Shown here: in pieces, positions 42,017 through 53,097 of the stretch
How positions within the stretch are numbered: the stretch's first letter is position 1
How the letters are laid out: each line of letters opens with the position of its first letter
From: Gammaproteobacteria bacterium
GTDB lineage: Bacteria > Pseudomonadota > Gammaproteobacteria > UBA4575
DNA: 64,000 nucleotides
Reading direction: 5' to 3'
NCBI GenBank assembly: GCA_965243395.1
Contig: CBDEUS010000002.1
Location: forward strand, 1,216,001-1,280,000
Position numbers and translations under genes: made by a program
Notes under the pieces: generated by a model
What the model was told of the DNA's origin: nothing
Seen by the model: the letters and a program-made list of their open reading frames with translations, nothing else
Database searches by the model: none

Positions 42017-42487
42017 GTGCAAATCAATATTGTAGCAGTTGGTGAAAAGAGCCCAGTTTGGTTGGAGGAAGGACTGAATCAATATTTGGCACGAATGCCA
42101 CGTGAGTGCTCAGTAAAAATAATAACTGTCGCAACTACAAAACGAGTAAAAAATATATCAATTTCTCAGGCTCAAAGGCATGAGCAAGACTTGTTACTTA
42201 AGGCCGGTTCAAAAAGCAACTACTCTATCGCTTTAGATGAAAGTGGAATAAGTTGGAATACTACAAAGCTGGTCAGTAATTTAGAAAGCTGGTTACAAAA
42301 TAGGCCTGTTGTCACTTTATATATAGGCGGGCCTGATGGTTTTACTAAAGATTTTCTTGAGCAAGTTGATGCGGTTTGGTCTTTGTCTTCTTTAACTATG
42401 CCTCATATGCTAGTTCGCTTAATATTAGTAGAACAACTGTATCGTGCATGGACAATTCTTCAGGGACATCCTTACCATCGGGAATAA
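42017..42487 (+). CDS. rlmH: 23S rRNA pseudouridine-1915 N3-methyltransferase
   Basis: IGGPDG, SLSSLTMPH, EQLYRA, HPYHRE. Confidence 0.97.
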   Translation: MQINIVAVGEKSPVWLEEGLNQYLARMPRECSVKIITVATTKRVKNISISQAQRHEQDLLLKAGSKSNYSIALDESGISWNTTKLVSNLESWLQNRPVVTLYIGGPDGFTKDFLEQVDAVWSLSSLTMPHMLVRLILVEQLYRAWTILQGHPYHRE

Positions 42488-42513
42488 ATACTACTCGTTA
42501 TTTTTTGTCTGTA

Positions 42514-43092
42514 ATGTTTAATTCTTCAGAGAGAGAGCTGATTCTGGCATCAGGGTCATGTCGTCGGCGCAAATTACTGGATAAACTTAATATAAGTTAC
42601 AGTTCTTATATTCCAAATGTGGATGAATCAATAAATCTTGATGAAACAGCTGGTCAGTATGTTAGCCGTATTGCTTGCTTAAAGGCGCATACTGTAAATG
42701 AATCAATGAGCAGCAATAAAATTATCTTGGCTGCAGATACTATTATTTCTCTTAAAGAAGAGGTGATTGGGAAACCGGAAAATAAGCAACATGCAAAAAA
42801 AATTCTACAAAATTTGTCTGCTAAAGAACATGAAGTTATTACGGGAGTATGTTTATTAATTTCAGATCAAGAATATCAAGCTATCGTGATAACGAAAGTG
42901 AAATTTAGACGGCTTAGTAACAGGGAGATCAATGCATATACTGAAATGGAGGAACCTTATGATAAAGCCGGAGCTTATGCTATACAGGGGGAGGCAGCAG
43001 GTTTTGTTGAATATATTGCGGGCAGCTATACAAATGTTGTCGGATTGCCATTGCTCGAGGTTTATGGGCTGCTTAAGCACGCAAACTTATAG
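42514..43092 (+). CDS. maf: Maf-family nucleotide pyrophosphatase (YhdE-like)
   Basis: LILASGSCRR, LAADT, GKP, DKAGAYAIQG, GSYTNVVGLP; start reassigned to ATG 42514. Confidence 0.93.
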   Translation: MFNSSERELILASGSCRRRKLLDKLNISYSSYIPNVDESINLDETAGQYVSRIACLKAHTVNESMSSNKIILAADTIISLKEEVIGKPENKQHAKKILQNLSAKEHEVITGVCLLISDQEYQAIVITKVKFRRLSNREINAYTEMEEPYDKAGAYAIQGEAAGFVEYIAGSYTNVVGLPLLEVYGLLKHANL

Positions 43093-43122
43093 TTTTATTA
43101 CAGTGTCTAGGTACAATTAAGC

Positions 43123-44628
43123 ATGAGCGAAGAAATTTTAATCAATGTAACTCCGCAAGAGACAAGGGTCGCGGTAGTTGAAAATGGCGTACTTCATGAG
43201 ATTCAAATCGAACGTGTAAGCAAGCAAGGATTAGTTGGAAATATCTTTAAAGGATGTGTCAGTAGGGTTATGCCCGGAATGGATGCAGCTTTTGTAGATA
43301 TCGGTTTATCAAAAGCAGCTTTCATACATAGCTCTGATGTTGCATATTTACCAAAAAGTTCACGTGGCTCGCAAACAGATGTAAATCCCCCTGATGAAAC
43401 TATTTTGCAATCGTTCAATGAGAACATAACTAACTTACTTCATGAGGGCCAGCAATTACTTGTTCAGGTAGTTAAAGATCAGCTAGGTACTAAAGGAGCC
43501 CGACTAACTACAAATATAACCGTACCTTCACGTTATATGGTGTTGTTACCTTACTCAAATGATGTACGTATTTCTACACGTATTGAAGATGAAGAAGAGC
43601 GAGAACGATTAATTGTAACTACTCAAAATCTTTTAAAAGAATTTGATGCAAATTGTGGATGTATTTTGCGAACAGCTGCTGAAGGCATTGGTGAAGCTGA
43701 ATTAAGACGTGACTTGAAATTTTTGCTAAATCTTTGGGCCACTATTGTAGAAAAAGTAAATCAGTCTTCTTCAGTAGATGAAGTATATTCGGATCTACCT
43801 CTTGCTGTTCGTACTCTTCGAGATTTATCAGTTGATGACATTGAAGAGGTTCGCATTGATTCTCGTGTTAGCTATGAAACGGTTAAAGAGTTTGCCGAAA
43901 AACTTGTTCCGGAATTAGCAACGCGAATAAAACGCTATTCAGGAAGCCGACCAATATTTGATCTCTATTCTATAGAGGATGAATTGCAGAAAGCCTTGCA
44001 CAGAAAAGTAGCACTGAAATCTGGTGGTTATCTGATATTTGATCAAACTGAAGCGATGACTACAATTGATATCAACACAGGTGGGTTTGTTGGACATCGT
44101 AATTTAGAGGAAACCATTTACAAAACCAACCTTGAAGCAGCACAAGCCATCGCTAGACAACTTCGTTTACGAAATTTGGGCGGTATTATTATTATTGATT
44201 TTATCGATATGGAAGATGATGAGCATAAGCGACAAGTAATGCGTGTGTTTGAGAAATCTCTGGATAAAGATCGTGCGAAAAGCCAGGTTTGTGAGGTATC
44301 ACCTCTTGGTCTAGTAGAAATGACACGCAAACGCACACGTGAAAGCTTAGAACATGTGCTATGCGAATCTTGTTTCACTTGCTCAGGCAGAGGCTACATT
44401 AAAACCGCTGAAACGATTTGTTTCGAGCTTTTTCGCGAAATAATGCGTGAGGCCAGACAATATGAAACGAACGAATTGCTTGTTTTGGCGTCTCAACCAG
44501 TAGTGGATTTATTATTAGATGAGGAGTCAGCCAGTCTTGCTGAATTGGAAGATTATATTGGTAAAACCATAAAATTGCAGGTGGAATCACTGTATTCACA
44601 AGAGCAATTTGATGTGGTGCCACTATGA
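43123..44628 (+). CDS. rng: Ribonuclease G
   Basis: MSEEILINVTPQETRVA, TEAMTTIDINTG, LRLRNLGGIIIIDFIDM. Confidence 0.97.
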   Translation: MSEEILINVTPQETRVAVVENGVLHEIQIERVSKQGLVGNIFKGCVSRVMPGMDAAFVDIGLSKAAFIHSSDVAYLPKSSRGSQTDVNPPDETILQSFNENITNLLHEGQQLLVQVVKDQLGTKGARLTTNITVPSRYMVLLPYSNDVRISTRIEDEEERERLIVTTQNLLKEFDANCGCILRTAAEGIGEAELRRDLKFLLNLWATIVEKVNQSSSVDEVYSDLPLAVRTLRDLSVDDIEEVRIDSRVSYETVKEFAEKLVPELATRIKRYSGSRPIFDLYSIEDELQKALHRKVALKSGGYLIFDQTEAMTTIDINTGGFVGHRNLEETIYKTNLEAAQAIARQLRLRNLGGIIIIDFIDMEDDEHKRQVMRVFEKSLDKDRAKSQVCEVSPLGLVEMTRKRTRESLEHVLCESCFTCSGRGYIKTAETICFELFREIMREARQYETNELLVLASQPVVDLLLDEESASLAELEDYIGKTIKLQVESLYSQEQFDVVPL

Positions 44629-44640
44629 TAAGTTTTGATT

Positions 44641-47600
44641 ATGTTACGTAAATTACTTTTAGGTGCTTGGTACATTTTTTTTGTAGTTTTAATGCTGCTT
44701 GCATTTACTATCAGTATTGCACGCGGTTATCCAAGCTTATATCAAAAATATTTACCTGTAATCCAAGAAAATATTTCTACACTTGTTGGTAAACCCGTCC
44801 ATGCAGATTCGATTCGTATTGACTGGTATGGAATTACGCCATTTATTTCAACTAATAACTTGTCTATTTATGAAGATGAAACTCAGTACGACTTACTATT
44901 AAATGCCGAAAAAGCGACTATTTCATTGGATTTATACAAGAGTTTATTACAAAAAAAGGTAGTTTTTAAAGAATTAACTCTTATTGATAGTAATCTTGAT
45001 CTGTTAAGGACTGCTGATGAGAAAATAATATTAAATGGAATCGACATTAGCGAACGGTTATCACAACGTAAAAAACTGGAACAAAAAAACAAACTTATTA
45101 TCAACTTGCTTGACAGCACTATATCAATAGAAGATGAGCTCAAAGAGTTAAATTTCTTTTTTGATAGAGTAGATATTTCACTTGGATTTTCAGATGAAAA
45201 TTTTAATATAAAGTCTGAATTTATATTGCCTGAAACGTTAGGAAGATCACTCACCATTGTTGCTGATATTCGTGATTTAGATAAAGGCTTAAAAAATATA
45301 AAGGGTGAACTATATGCAAATGGAAACAATATCAATCTTGAGCTGATAAATGACTTTTTCCCTAAGTCTAATCTAGGAGTTAAGAAAGGCAATTCTGATT
45401 TTCAAATTTGGGGAGACTTCAGTTCATTAAAACAACGTACACTATCTGGTAAGTTTAGTTTGCGTGATCTTGTTTATAGCGAAGTTGATATTCCGTTGCT
45501 TCCAACATTAATAAATAAAGAAATAATTGCAGTAGATACGTTTTTTCAATTTAGTGGTGATATGAATAATTGGAAACTCGCATTAAATGAAGTAAATATT
45601 CAAACCACCGATCATGCGTGGCCCGGTAAACAGTACGAAATAAGCTGTCGAAGCTGTGAGGAGCAATCATACATTCTTGCAGCAGCTTTAGATTATGTAA
45701 ATTCTGATCAACTGCTTTGTACCTTGCAACATTTCCCTTTTATTGCTGAGCGACTAAACCAAGTACTTAGCAAAATTGAATTACATGGTGAACTACAAGA
45801 CATTAAAGTATTAGCAGAATTCGGTGAGAAAAAAATTACTAAATATCAATATCAAGCATCATTGCTGGGTGCAAATTTTTCAATACCTGAATATGAATTT
45901 TCCGCTTCGGAAGTAACAGGTGATGTGATTGGTGATCATAGCGCCGGCGAGATCAATTTTGCTACTCAATCAACTGCTATTGCTTTAAATCATTTGCTAA
46001 ATAATCCATTAGAAAATCAAAATATAACTGGTGTAATAAAATGGAAGCTTAGAAAAAATGATAAATTGTTTGCATTGCAAAAGTTAAATATAGAGTCAAA
46101 CGATATGAGTGTTGATTTGCAAGGTCTTGCGCATATTATTGATGGTAAACCACATGTTGATATCCAATTGTCAATCCCGGAAGCTGATGTAACAGAGGTA
46201 AAGAAATATTTACCGTACAAACGCATGCATCCAAAACTATCAAAATGGCTAAATGAAAGCATTTCTTCTGGAATAATTAAGAATGGTAAGTTGCTCATAC
46301 AAGGCAACCCAAAAAACTTTCCTTTCAAAAACAAGCGTGGGCGTTTTCAGGTGAGTGCTGAAATAGAAAAAGGAGTTTTGGACTACCGAAAAAACTGGCC
46401 AAGTGCAAAAGATATCGTTGCTAATTTTGAAATAAACAATGATCATTTAGTACTTAATGCTACGCATGGTTCAATACTTGATTCATCATTAAGTCACGTT
46501 CATGCGGAGATTGCTGATTTAAAATTACCATTATTGGTTATTAATGGTACTGCAGCAGGACCTTCAAATAATATTCTGGAGTATTTACAGCAATCTTCAT
46601 TGCTTTCTGAAAACAGTCAAGTAATTAAACAAATATCAGCTAATGGAACTTCTGAGCTAAATTTGAACATCAAACTTACATTAACAAGAAAATTAGAGAA
46701 GCAGCTTTTAGTAAGTGGTGAAATTGAATTTAAGGACACCAATATAAGTGTAAAAGCTTTATCTCTACCGTTTACACATGTTAATGGTAAGCTGAAATTT
46801 GATCAAAATGGCGCTCAAGGAAAAGATCTAAAAGCTAAACTTTATGGCGCACCAATATTAGCCAGTGCAGAGAAACTGAGCGAGGGTCGAACCAAATTAT
46901 TAATAAGTGGAGACCTAGATCTTGATAGCTATTTGTTTGAAAATTATCGTGACTTAAATAAATACTTAAAAGGCATCACAGACGTTTCAGCAGAAATTAA
47001 CATTCCTAAGCTTGATAAAAATAGTTCAGATAAATCTTTAAAAGTAGCAGTGACAAGTGATCTATATGGAGCACAAATTTTATTACCGGAACCATTTCGA
47101 AAAGAGCCTAATGATTCTCGTCAGTTAGTAATACATTCAAAACATCAGCAGGGTGAAAACAGCGAAGTTTTTGCTAATTTAAACAGCCAGTATTTTATGA
47201 AGGCCATTTTTGGTAAAGAGTCAGGTAAATTATCTGCTATGAATGTGCATATGGGCAACGAACAATTTATTATGCCTGAGTCCGGAATAAAAATTTCAGG
47301 CCGATTAAAGCATGTAAATTTAAACCAATGGCGCGATATAATTTCTTCTAATGAAGAAAAGAATGTTGAGGTAAATGAAATTGATTTATATGTCAATCAA
47401 ATGAAACTGGGTAATATAGAAATTGATAATGTTGATTTTCATACCCGAAAAAAAGAAAAATTTTGGATCGGTGAAATTCATTCATCAGTCGCAAAGGGTG
47501 GATTTGAATATCCCGTGGATTCAGAAAGCGGTAGTGTAGCAACGTTTGATTTTGATTATTTACGTTTTCCTTCAGCAAACAATGAATCGGAAGATGAAGC

Positions 47601-48567
47601 TACAAGTTTTGATCCGCGTTCTTTACCGGCATTAGTAGCCAATACAAAAGAATTTAAATATAAAGATGCAGCTTTTACTGATGTTAGTCTTAAGACAAAG
47701 CCATCAGAACATGGTTTAACGATTGATTCTTTACAGGGTAGTGGTAATGATTTGCATGTTTCGTCAAATGGTGCTTGGAATATAGAGGACGACAATTCAC
47801 ATATAACCCAACTGCTGATAACTTTACAAACAGATAATATACAAAATTCTCTTACGGGTTTGGGGTTTGATAGTGCGGTTACCGGTGGAAGAGGAAGGGT
47901 TACAGCAGATTTTAGATGGCCAAAAGCACCTTATCAGTTTTCTTTAGCTTCTGTATCTGGGAACGTAAATATCAGGCTTAATGATGGCGCAATCTCTTCT
48001 GTTGAGCCAGGGGGTGCAGGGCGTTTGATCGGTTTAGTTAATTTAGGTGAAATTTCTAGGCGTCTGTCACTAGATTTTACAGATTTCTTTTCAAAAGGTT
48101 ATTCCTTTGAAAAAATACGTGGTGACTTACAGTTTAAAGATGCAAATTTAACAACTGAAAACTTGAAGGTGAAAGGCCCGTCTGCAGATATACTTATACA
48201 AGGTAGAACGGGAATTACCGCTAAAGATTATGATCAAATTGTTACAGTTACACCGCATGTGAGTGGTGGGCTTCCCTGGATTGGTTTGGCAGTAGGTGGG
48301 CCACTAGGTGCAGTTGGAGTCATAGTAGGCGAAAAGATTGCCAAAACCATTGGTGTAGATGTAGATAAAGTCACAGAAGTGAAATACAGCATGACTGGGA
48401 GCTGGGAAGACCCTAAGTTAGAGCCGATTGCACGAAAAGTTGCAGAAAATTCAACTAACAACCAGGGGCAACTATCGCCAAATTCTACATCGCAGAATTC
48501 TCCACAAGTTTCTCCTCAGGCTCCGCAGTCAGAATCAAAAGAAAGTTCTGATACTGCAACGCCTTAG
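44641..48567 (+). CDS. yhdP: YhdP/AsmA-like phospholipid transport protein
   Basis: ~1310 aa beta-rich, single N-terminal TM, YLP..WL, RRLSLDFTDFFSKG, Y..TGSWEDP; follows rng. Confidence 0.9.
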   Translation: MLRKLLLGAWYIFFVVLMLLAFTISIARGYPSLYQKYLPVIQENISTLVGKPVHADSIRIDWYGITPFISTNNLSIYEDETQYDLLLNAEKATISLDLYKSLLQKKVVFKELTLIDSNLDLLRTADEKIILNGIDISERLSQRKKLEQKNKLIINLLDSTISIEDELKELNFFFDRVDISLGFSDENFNIKSEFILPETLGRSLTIVADIRDLDKGLKNIKGELYANGNNINLELINDFFPKSNLGVKKGNSDFQIWGDFSSLKQRTLSGKFSLRDLVYSEVDIPLLPTLINKEIIAVDTFFQFSGDMNNWKLALNEVNIQTTDHAWPGKQYEISCRSCEEQSYILAAALDYVNSDQLLCTLQHFPFIAERLNQVLSKIELHGELQDIKVLAEFGEKKITKYQYQASLLGANFSIPEYEFSASEVTGDVIGDHSAGEINFATQSTAIALNHLLNNPLENQNITGVIKWKLRKNDKLFALQKLNIESNDMSVDLQGLAHIIDGKPHVDIQLSIPEADVTEVKKYLPYKRMHPKLSKWLNESISSGIIKNGKLLIQGNPKNFPFKNKRGRFQVSAEIEKGVLDYRKNWPSAKDIVANFEINNDHLVLNATHGSILDSSLSHVHAEIADLKLPLLVINGTAAGPSNNILEYLQQSSLLSENSQVIKQISANGTSELNLNIKLTLTRKLEKQLLVSGEIEFKDTNISVKALSLPFTHVNGKLKFDQNGAQGKDLKAKLYGAPILASAEKLSEGRTKLLISGDLDLDSYLFENYRDLNKYLKGITDVSAEINIPKLDKNSSDKSLKVAVTSDLYGAQILLPEPFRKEPNDSRQLVIHSKHQQGENSEVFANLNSQYFMKAIFGKESGKLSAMNVHMGNEQFIMPESGIKISGRLKHVNLNQWRDIISSNEEKNVEVNEIDLYVNQMKLGNIEIDNVDFHTRKKEKFWIGEIHSSVAKGGFEYPVDSESGSVATFDFDYLRFPSANNESEDEATSFDPRSLPALVANTKEFKYKDAAFTDVSLKTKPSEHGLTIDSLQGSGNDLHVSSNGAWNIEDDNSHITQLLITLQTDNIQNSLTGLGFDSAVTGGRGRVTADFRWPKAPYQFSLASVSGNVNIRLNDGAISSVEPGGAGRLIGLVNLGEISRRLSLDFTDFFSKGYSFEKIRGDLQFKDANLTTENLKVKGPSADILIQGRTGITAKDYDQIVTVTPHVSGGLPWIGLAVGGPLGAVGVIVGEKIAKTIGVDVDKVTEVKYSMTGSWEDPKLEPIARKVAENSTNNQGQLSPNSTSQNSPQVSPQAPQSESKESSDTATP

Positions 48568-48683
48568 TTTTATTCAATGAAGATGCGGACAAGTCGATTG
48601 TTTATCTCTACTAGAGTAGAGCCGATTCATACAAAGAGTTGCAATAATATAGTTTCTTAAAAACAACCAATAGTGGAATTGAT

Positions 48684-49499
48684 TTGAGTAAAGTTGCATC
48701 TGTTCAAATGGCCTCCAGTCCTAACGTGGATGCCAATCTACATGAAGCTAATCGCCTGATTTCTCAAGCTGTGGATGCTGGGGCGGAGCTAATTGTTCTC
48801 CCTGAAAACTTTGCCATTATGGGGATTGAGGAAGAAGATAAAGTTGCTGTACGAGAGCCACAAGGAGATGGTCCTATTCAAAACTTTTTGTCTGAACAGG
48901 CCAAGCAACATAATGTTTGGATTATAGGCGGTACAGTGCCGATGGTTTGTGATGATCCGAAGAAAATTCTTGCAGCTTGTTTAGTATATGACAATAAAGG
49001 CAATCTTGTTGAACGCTATGACAAGATACATTTATTTGATGTTGATCTTGTTGATACAGGTGAGAGTTATAACGAATCTGAAACCATAGAATTTGGTAAC
49101 ACAGGTTTAAAAGTAATTGACACTCCATTCGGAAAAATTGGTTTAGCCGTTTGCTATGATTTACGTTTTCCTGAATTATTTAGAGCATTGCTAGATTTAG
49201 GCGCAGAAATAGTGGTCCTGCCTGCAGCTTTTACGGCAGTAACCGGGGAAGCGCATTGGGAAAGTTTATTGCGTGCACGAGCAATTGAAAACTTAATCTA
49301 CATTATTGCCTCTGCTCAAGGCGGTTATCATATTAATGGTCGCGCAACGTTTGGTGATAGCATGATTGTTGATCCTTGGGGTACGATATTAAATCGCATT
49401 AAGCATGGCGCAGGATTCGCAATAGCAGATATAAACCTGAGCTATTTACAATCACGTCGTAAAACATTCCCTTGTATAGAACACCGAAGAATGAAATAA
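48684..49499 (+). CDS. Carbon-nitrogen hydrolase (Nit1-like deaminated glutathione amidase)
   Basis: LPENFA, YDKIHLFDV, CYDLRFPE (E-K-C triad), RARAIEN. Confidence 0.92.
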   Translation: MSKVASVQMASSPNVDANLHEANRLISQAVDAGAELIVLPENFAIMGIEEEDKVAVREPQGDGPIQNFLSEQAKQHNVWIIGGTVPMVCDDPKKILAACLVYDNKGNLVERYDKIHLFDVDLVDTGESYNESETIEFGNTGLKVIDTPFGKIGLAVCYDLRFPELFRALLDLGAEIVVLPAAFTAVTGEAHWESLLRARAIENLIYIIASAQGGYHINGRATFGDSMIVDPWGTILNRIKHGAGFAIADINLSYLQSRRKTFPCIEHRRMK

Positions 49500-49532
49500 A
49501 TTTAATTACGTTACACATTTAAACTAAACACT

Positions 49533-50975
49533 ATGCAAAAACCATTAGAACTTGCAAAAGCAAGCATCTTAGAACCTTCTGGTTTAAATGAAACACATTT
49601 ATCGCAGGCATTTTCAACTTTATTAGATTCTTCTGCAGACAGTGGCGATATTTATTTCCAAGTACGTAAACATGAAGCTTGGTCGTTAGAGGATGGTATT
49701 GTTAAAGATGCCAGTTTCAACATTAGCCAGGGTGTAGGTATACGTGCGATTAAAGATGATAAAACAGGTTTTGCGTATTCTGATGAAATTGTATTACCTG
49801 CATTATTGGAATCATGTAAAGCCGCACGTGCTATAGCACGTGGTAATCAAAATGGTCAGGTAAAGGCATGGCAGTCAAATGCTGGTAACGAACTCTATTT
49901 ACCTGATGACCCAACAAATTCGCTTACTGAATCAGACAAAGTTAATTTATTGCGTTCGCTAGATGCTTTGGCGCGCAAACAAGACTCACGTATTAAACAA
50001 GTGATGGCATCAATTGCAGGTTCACATGAAATAATTTTGGTTGCCAATAGCGATGGTTCTATCGCGGCGGACGTAAGACCTTTGGTGAGACTAAATGTGT
50101 CCGTTATCGTTGAAGATAAAGGCAGGCTGGAACAAGGCAGTGCTGGGGGTGGTGGTCGTGTGGCATACGACTTTTTTACCGAAGAAGATCGCGCACAATC
50201 TTATGTCCATGAGGCTGTGCGAATGGCTCTACTAAATCTTGAAGCGGTGGACGCACCTGCTGGAGAAATGAAAGTAGTTTTAGGCCCTGGATGGCCTGGA
50301 GTTTTATTGCATGAGGCTATTGGACATGGTTTAGAAGGTGATTTTACACGTAAAGGTACTTCAGCATTTAGCGGGCGTATAGGTGAGCGCGTGGCAAGCA
50401 AAGGAGTTACTGTGGTAGACGACGGTACTTTAGAAAAGCGCAGAGGCTCTTTAAATATTGATGATGAAGGCACTACTACACAATGTACTACATTAATCGA
50501 GGATGGGATCCTTAAAGCGTTTATGCAGGACAAGTTGAATGCAAAACTTTCAAATGTTGAGTCCACAGGAAATGGCAGACGTGAATCCTATGCACATCTA
50601 CCCATGCCACGCATGACAAATACCTACATGCTTGCTGGTAAATATGATCCCGGTGAAATTATCAGCTCCGTAGATTCTGGTTTTTATGCTGTTAATTTTG
50701 GCGGTGGTCAGGTAGATATTACTTCGGGCAAGTTTGTGTTTTCGGCCTCTGAAGCGTATTTAATCGAAAAAGGTAAAGTTACCAAGCCTGTAAAAGGTGC
50801 CACCTTGATAGGTGACGGTCCCGATGTACTTACGCGGGTCAGTATGATTGGTAATGATTTAAAATTGGATCGTGGTGTAGGAACTTGTGGAAAAGAAGGG
50901 CAAAGTGTTCCGGTAGGAGTGGGTCAGCCAACATTAAGAATTGATGGCATTACAGTTGGGGGCACAGCTCAATAA
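49533..50975 (+). CDS. tldD: Metalloprotease TldD
   Basis: [39 protein letters not shown]. Confidence 0.98.
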   Translation: MQKPLELAKASILEPSGLNETHLSQAFSTLLDSSADSGDIYFQVRKHEAWSLEDGIVKDASFNISQGVGIRAIKDDKTGFAYSDEIVLPALLESCKAARAIARGNQNGQVKAWQSNAGNELYLPDDPTNSLTESDKVNLLRSLDALARKQDSRIKQVMASIAGSHEIILVANSDGSIAADVRPLVRLNVSVIVEDKGRLEQGSAGGGGRVAYDFFTEEDRAQSYVHEAVRMALLNLEAVDAPAGEMKVVLGPGWPGVLLHEAIGHGLEGDFTRKGTSAFSGRIGERVASKGVTVVDDGTLEKRRGSLNIDDEGTTTQCTTLIEDGILKAFMQDKLNAKLSNVESTGNGRRESYAHLPMPRMTNTYMLAGKYDPGEIISSVDSGFYAVNFGGGQVDITSGKFVFSASEAYLIEKGKVTKPVKGATLIGDGPDVLTRVSMIGNDLKLDRGVGTCGKEGQSVPVGVGQPTLRIDGITVGGTAQ

Positions 50976-50993
50976 ACTTGTGTAAGTAATTGT

Positions 50994-52331
50994 ATGGACA
51001 TCCAGCCTTCGCCCTATTCAAAAGAAAAATTAGAAAATTTGGTGCATCTATGTTTAAGCGAAGCCAAGCAACAAGGTGCAAGTAGTGCAGAAGCAAGTAT
51101 AAATGTTGAGCACGGTTTATCTGTAACTGCACGCATAGGTGAAGCAGAAACATTAGAACATCATAATGACCGTGGTCTAGGCGTTACAGTTTATGTGGGA
51201 AAAAAGAAAGGTTCGGCAAGTACTACAGATTTCAAATTATCTTCAATTAAGGATGCCGTTACAGCAGCATGCAATATTGCCAGTTTTACAGAAGAAGATA
51301 GCTGTGCAGGGTTAGCAGATGCTGATCGTATGGCAACAAAAATACAAGATTTAGATCTTGATCATCCTTGGGGATTATCACCCGAAGAAGCATTAGAGAT
51401 TGCAATCGAATGTGAAAATACTGCTAGAGATGTAGATAAGATTTCAAATTCAGAAGGAGCATCTTGTACCACATCAAGAAGTACTACTATTTACGCTAAT
51501 ACGCATGATTTTCTAGGCAGCTATACTTCTACGCGCCATAACTTGTCTTGTATTGTAGTTGCAGAACAAGATGGCAATATGCAAAGGGATTACTGGTTTT
51601 CAACTACCCGAGACCCTAAAAATTTAGAGTCTGCTGGAAGTGTTGGCAAAAAAGCTGCAGAACGAACTGTGAACCGGTTAGGCGCGAGAAAGCTTTCTAC
51701 TCAGACCACACCTGTAATATTTGAAGCAAATATGGCGCGTTCATTGTTATCCCATTTTATTTCTGCTATCAGTGGTGGAGCTTTGTATCGTAAGGCTTCG
51801 TTTTTGATTGATCATTTGGATAAGAAAGTTTTCTCTGACCAAATAACTATAAGCGAAGATCCTTTTATCAAAGGTGGTTTGGGTAGCAGTTCATTTGATG
51901 CAGAAGGTGTTGCTACACAAGCGCGTACACTTGTGGATGAAGGAATATTAAAGGGTTATGTGTTAAGTAGCTATTCTGCAAGAAGACTAGGTATGCAGTC
52001 TACGGGTAATGCAGGAGGGGTTCATAACTTAGCTCTGCAAAAAGGTGAAGATAATTTACAAGAGCTCATGCAAGAAATGCAAAAAGGCTTGCTAGTTACC
52101 GAATTAATTGGTCATGGCGTGAATACAGTGACAGGAGATTATTCTCGAGGTGCAGTCGGTTACTGGGTAGAAAATGGTGAAATCCAGTATCCTGTAGATG
52201 AAATTACCATTGCTGGAAATTTAAAAGATATCTACCAAAAAATTGTTGCGGTAGGTAATGATATTGATGAACGAAGTAATATTGTTACACCTTCGTTGCT
52301 CATTGATAATTTAATGGTTGCGGGAAATTAA
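50994..52331 (+). CDS. pmbA: Metalloprotease PmbA (TldE)
   Basis: MQRDYW, FDAEGV, STGNAGG, GVNTVTGDYSRGA, EITIAGNL. Confidence 0.97.
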   Translation: MDIQPSPYSKEKLENLVHLCLSEAKQQGASSAEASINVEHGLSVTARIGEAETLEHHNDRGLGVTVYVGKKKGSASTTDFKLSSIKDAVTAACNIASFTEEDSCAGLADADRMATKIQDLDLDHPWGLSPEEALEIAIECENTARDVDKISNSEGASCTTSRSTTIYANTHDFLGSYTSTRHNLSCIVVAEQDGNMQRDYWFSTTRDPKNLESAGSVGKKAAERTVNRLGARKLSTQTTPVIFEANMARSLLSHFISAISGGALYRKASFLIDHLDKKVFSDQITISEDPFIKGGLGSSSFDAEGVATQARTLVDEGILKGYVLSSYSARRLGMQSTGNAGGVHNLALQKGEDNLQELMQEMQKGLLVTELIGHGVNTVTGDYSRGAVGYWVENGEIQYPVDEITIAGNLKDIYQKIVAVGNDIDERSNIVTPSLLIDNLMVAGN

Positions 52332-52341
52332 ACAAAATATT

Positions 52342-53097
52342 TTAATTGCTAAAAGTATTATCCAGCCACTTCACATCAGTTATTCGAATTGAAATATCTA
52401 ATTTTCCGTTTTCAAATTTATCTAGCTTAACGGGTAAATAGTTCAGTTTTTCTGCAAACCAGCTGTAGTAAGTGGTTTTTTTATCATTATCTTTTTTTCG
52501 TACAAGTTTATGTGCGTCATACTTACCAGCTTTAGTTTCAATAATTTCATTATCTTCTAATTGATAGGCGTACTCTTTTAGTCTGCCTTTTGATATTACA
52601 GAATAACGATTTATGCCTTTTTCCTGAGCAGGCTTTCGCATAAGTAATAATTGCGCAGAGTAATTGTCGAAGGTGTAATCTTGTAATTCAACCTCATTCT
52701 TTCGGTCTTTGTATTTGACAATAGCCTTTTTGTTATCCCAGTCAAAAATGTAATGCTCATTGCGATTTTTATCGCTGTTTTTCATTTCATGTTTGAACTC
52801 AATCGTATGATATTGATTGTTAATTAATTTAAGCACTGCGCGATCTGTGACTACTTGATTTCCCAAAAAGAGAGCAGCCATACCAACAGGTTTAGTGATT
52901 GACTCGTAAATTAATTCGCCATTCACTTTTTTAAGGCTCACGTCCATTTTACCTACCCGCATTGTGCCTTTATGAACATCGTAACTAGCCTCAAACTCAG
53001 GCGGTAATGTGCTGTCATTTAATATATATGTAGAATTGGCTGCAACGGATTGAATCAATCCGACAGCAACTATAGCTATGAGCAATATCTTTTTCAT
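52342..53097 (-). CDS. Secreted DUF3108-like protein
   Basis: Signal peptide, FEASY, FDW, IETKAG, WFAEKLNYLPVK; typical position after purN. Confidence 0.75.
   Translation of the reverse strand: MKKILLIAIVAVGLIQSVAANSTYILNDSTLPPEFEASYDVHKGTMRVGKMDVSLKKVNGELIYESITKPVGMAALFLGNQVVTDRAVLKLINNQYHTIEFKHEMKNSDKNRNEHYIFDWDNKKAIVKYKDRKNEVELQDYTFDNYSAQLLLMRKPAQEKGINRYSVISKGRLKEYAYQLEDNEIIETKAGKYDAHKLVRKKDNDKKTTYYSWFAEKLNYLPVKLDKFENGKLDISIRITDVKWLDNTFSN

Noticed and set aside
42017-43092. rlmH directly followed by maf, with no mrdA/rodA or mreBCD
   Set aside because: nadD-rsfS-rlmH-maf-rng is a known arrangement in several proteobacterial groups; absence from this window says nothing about gene loss.
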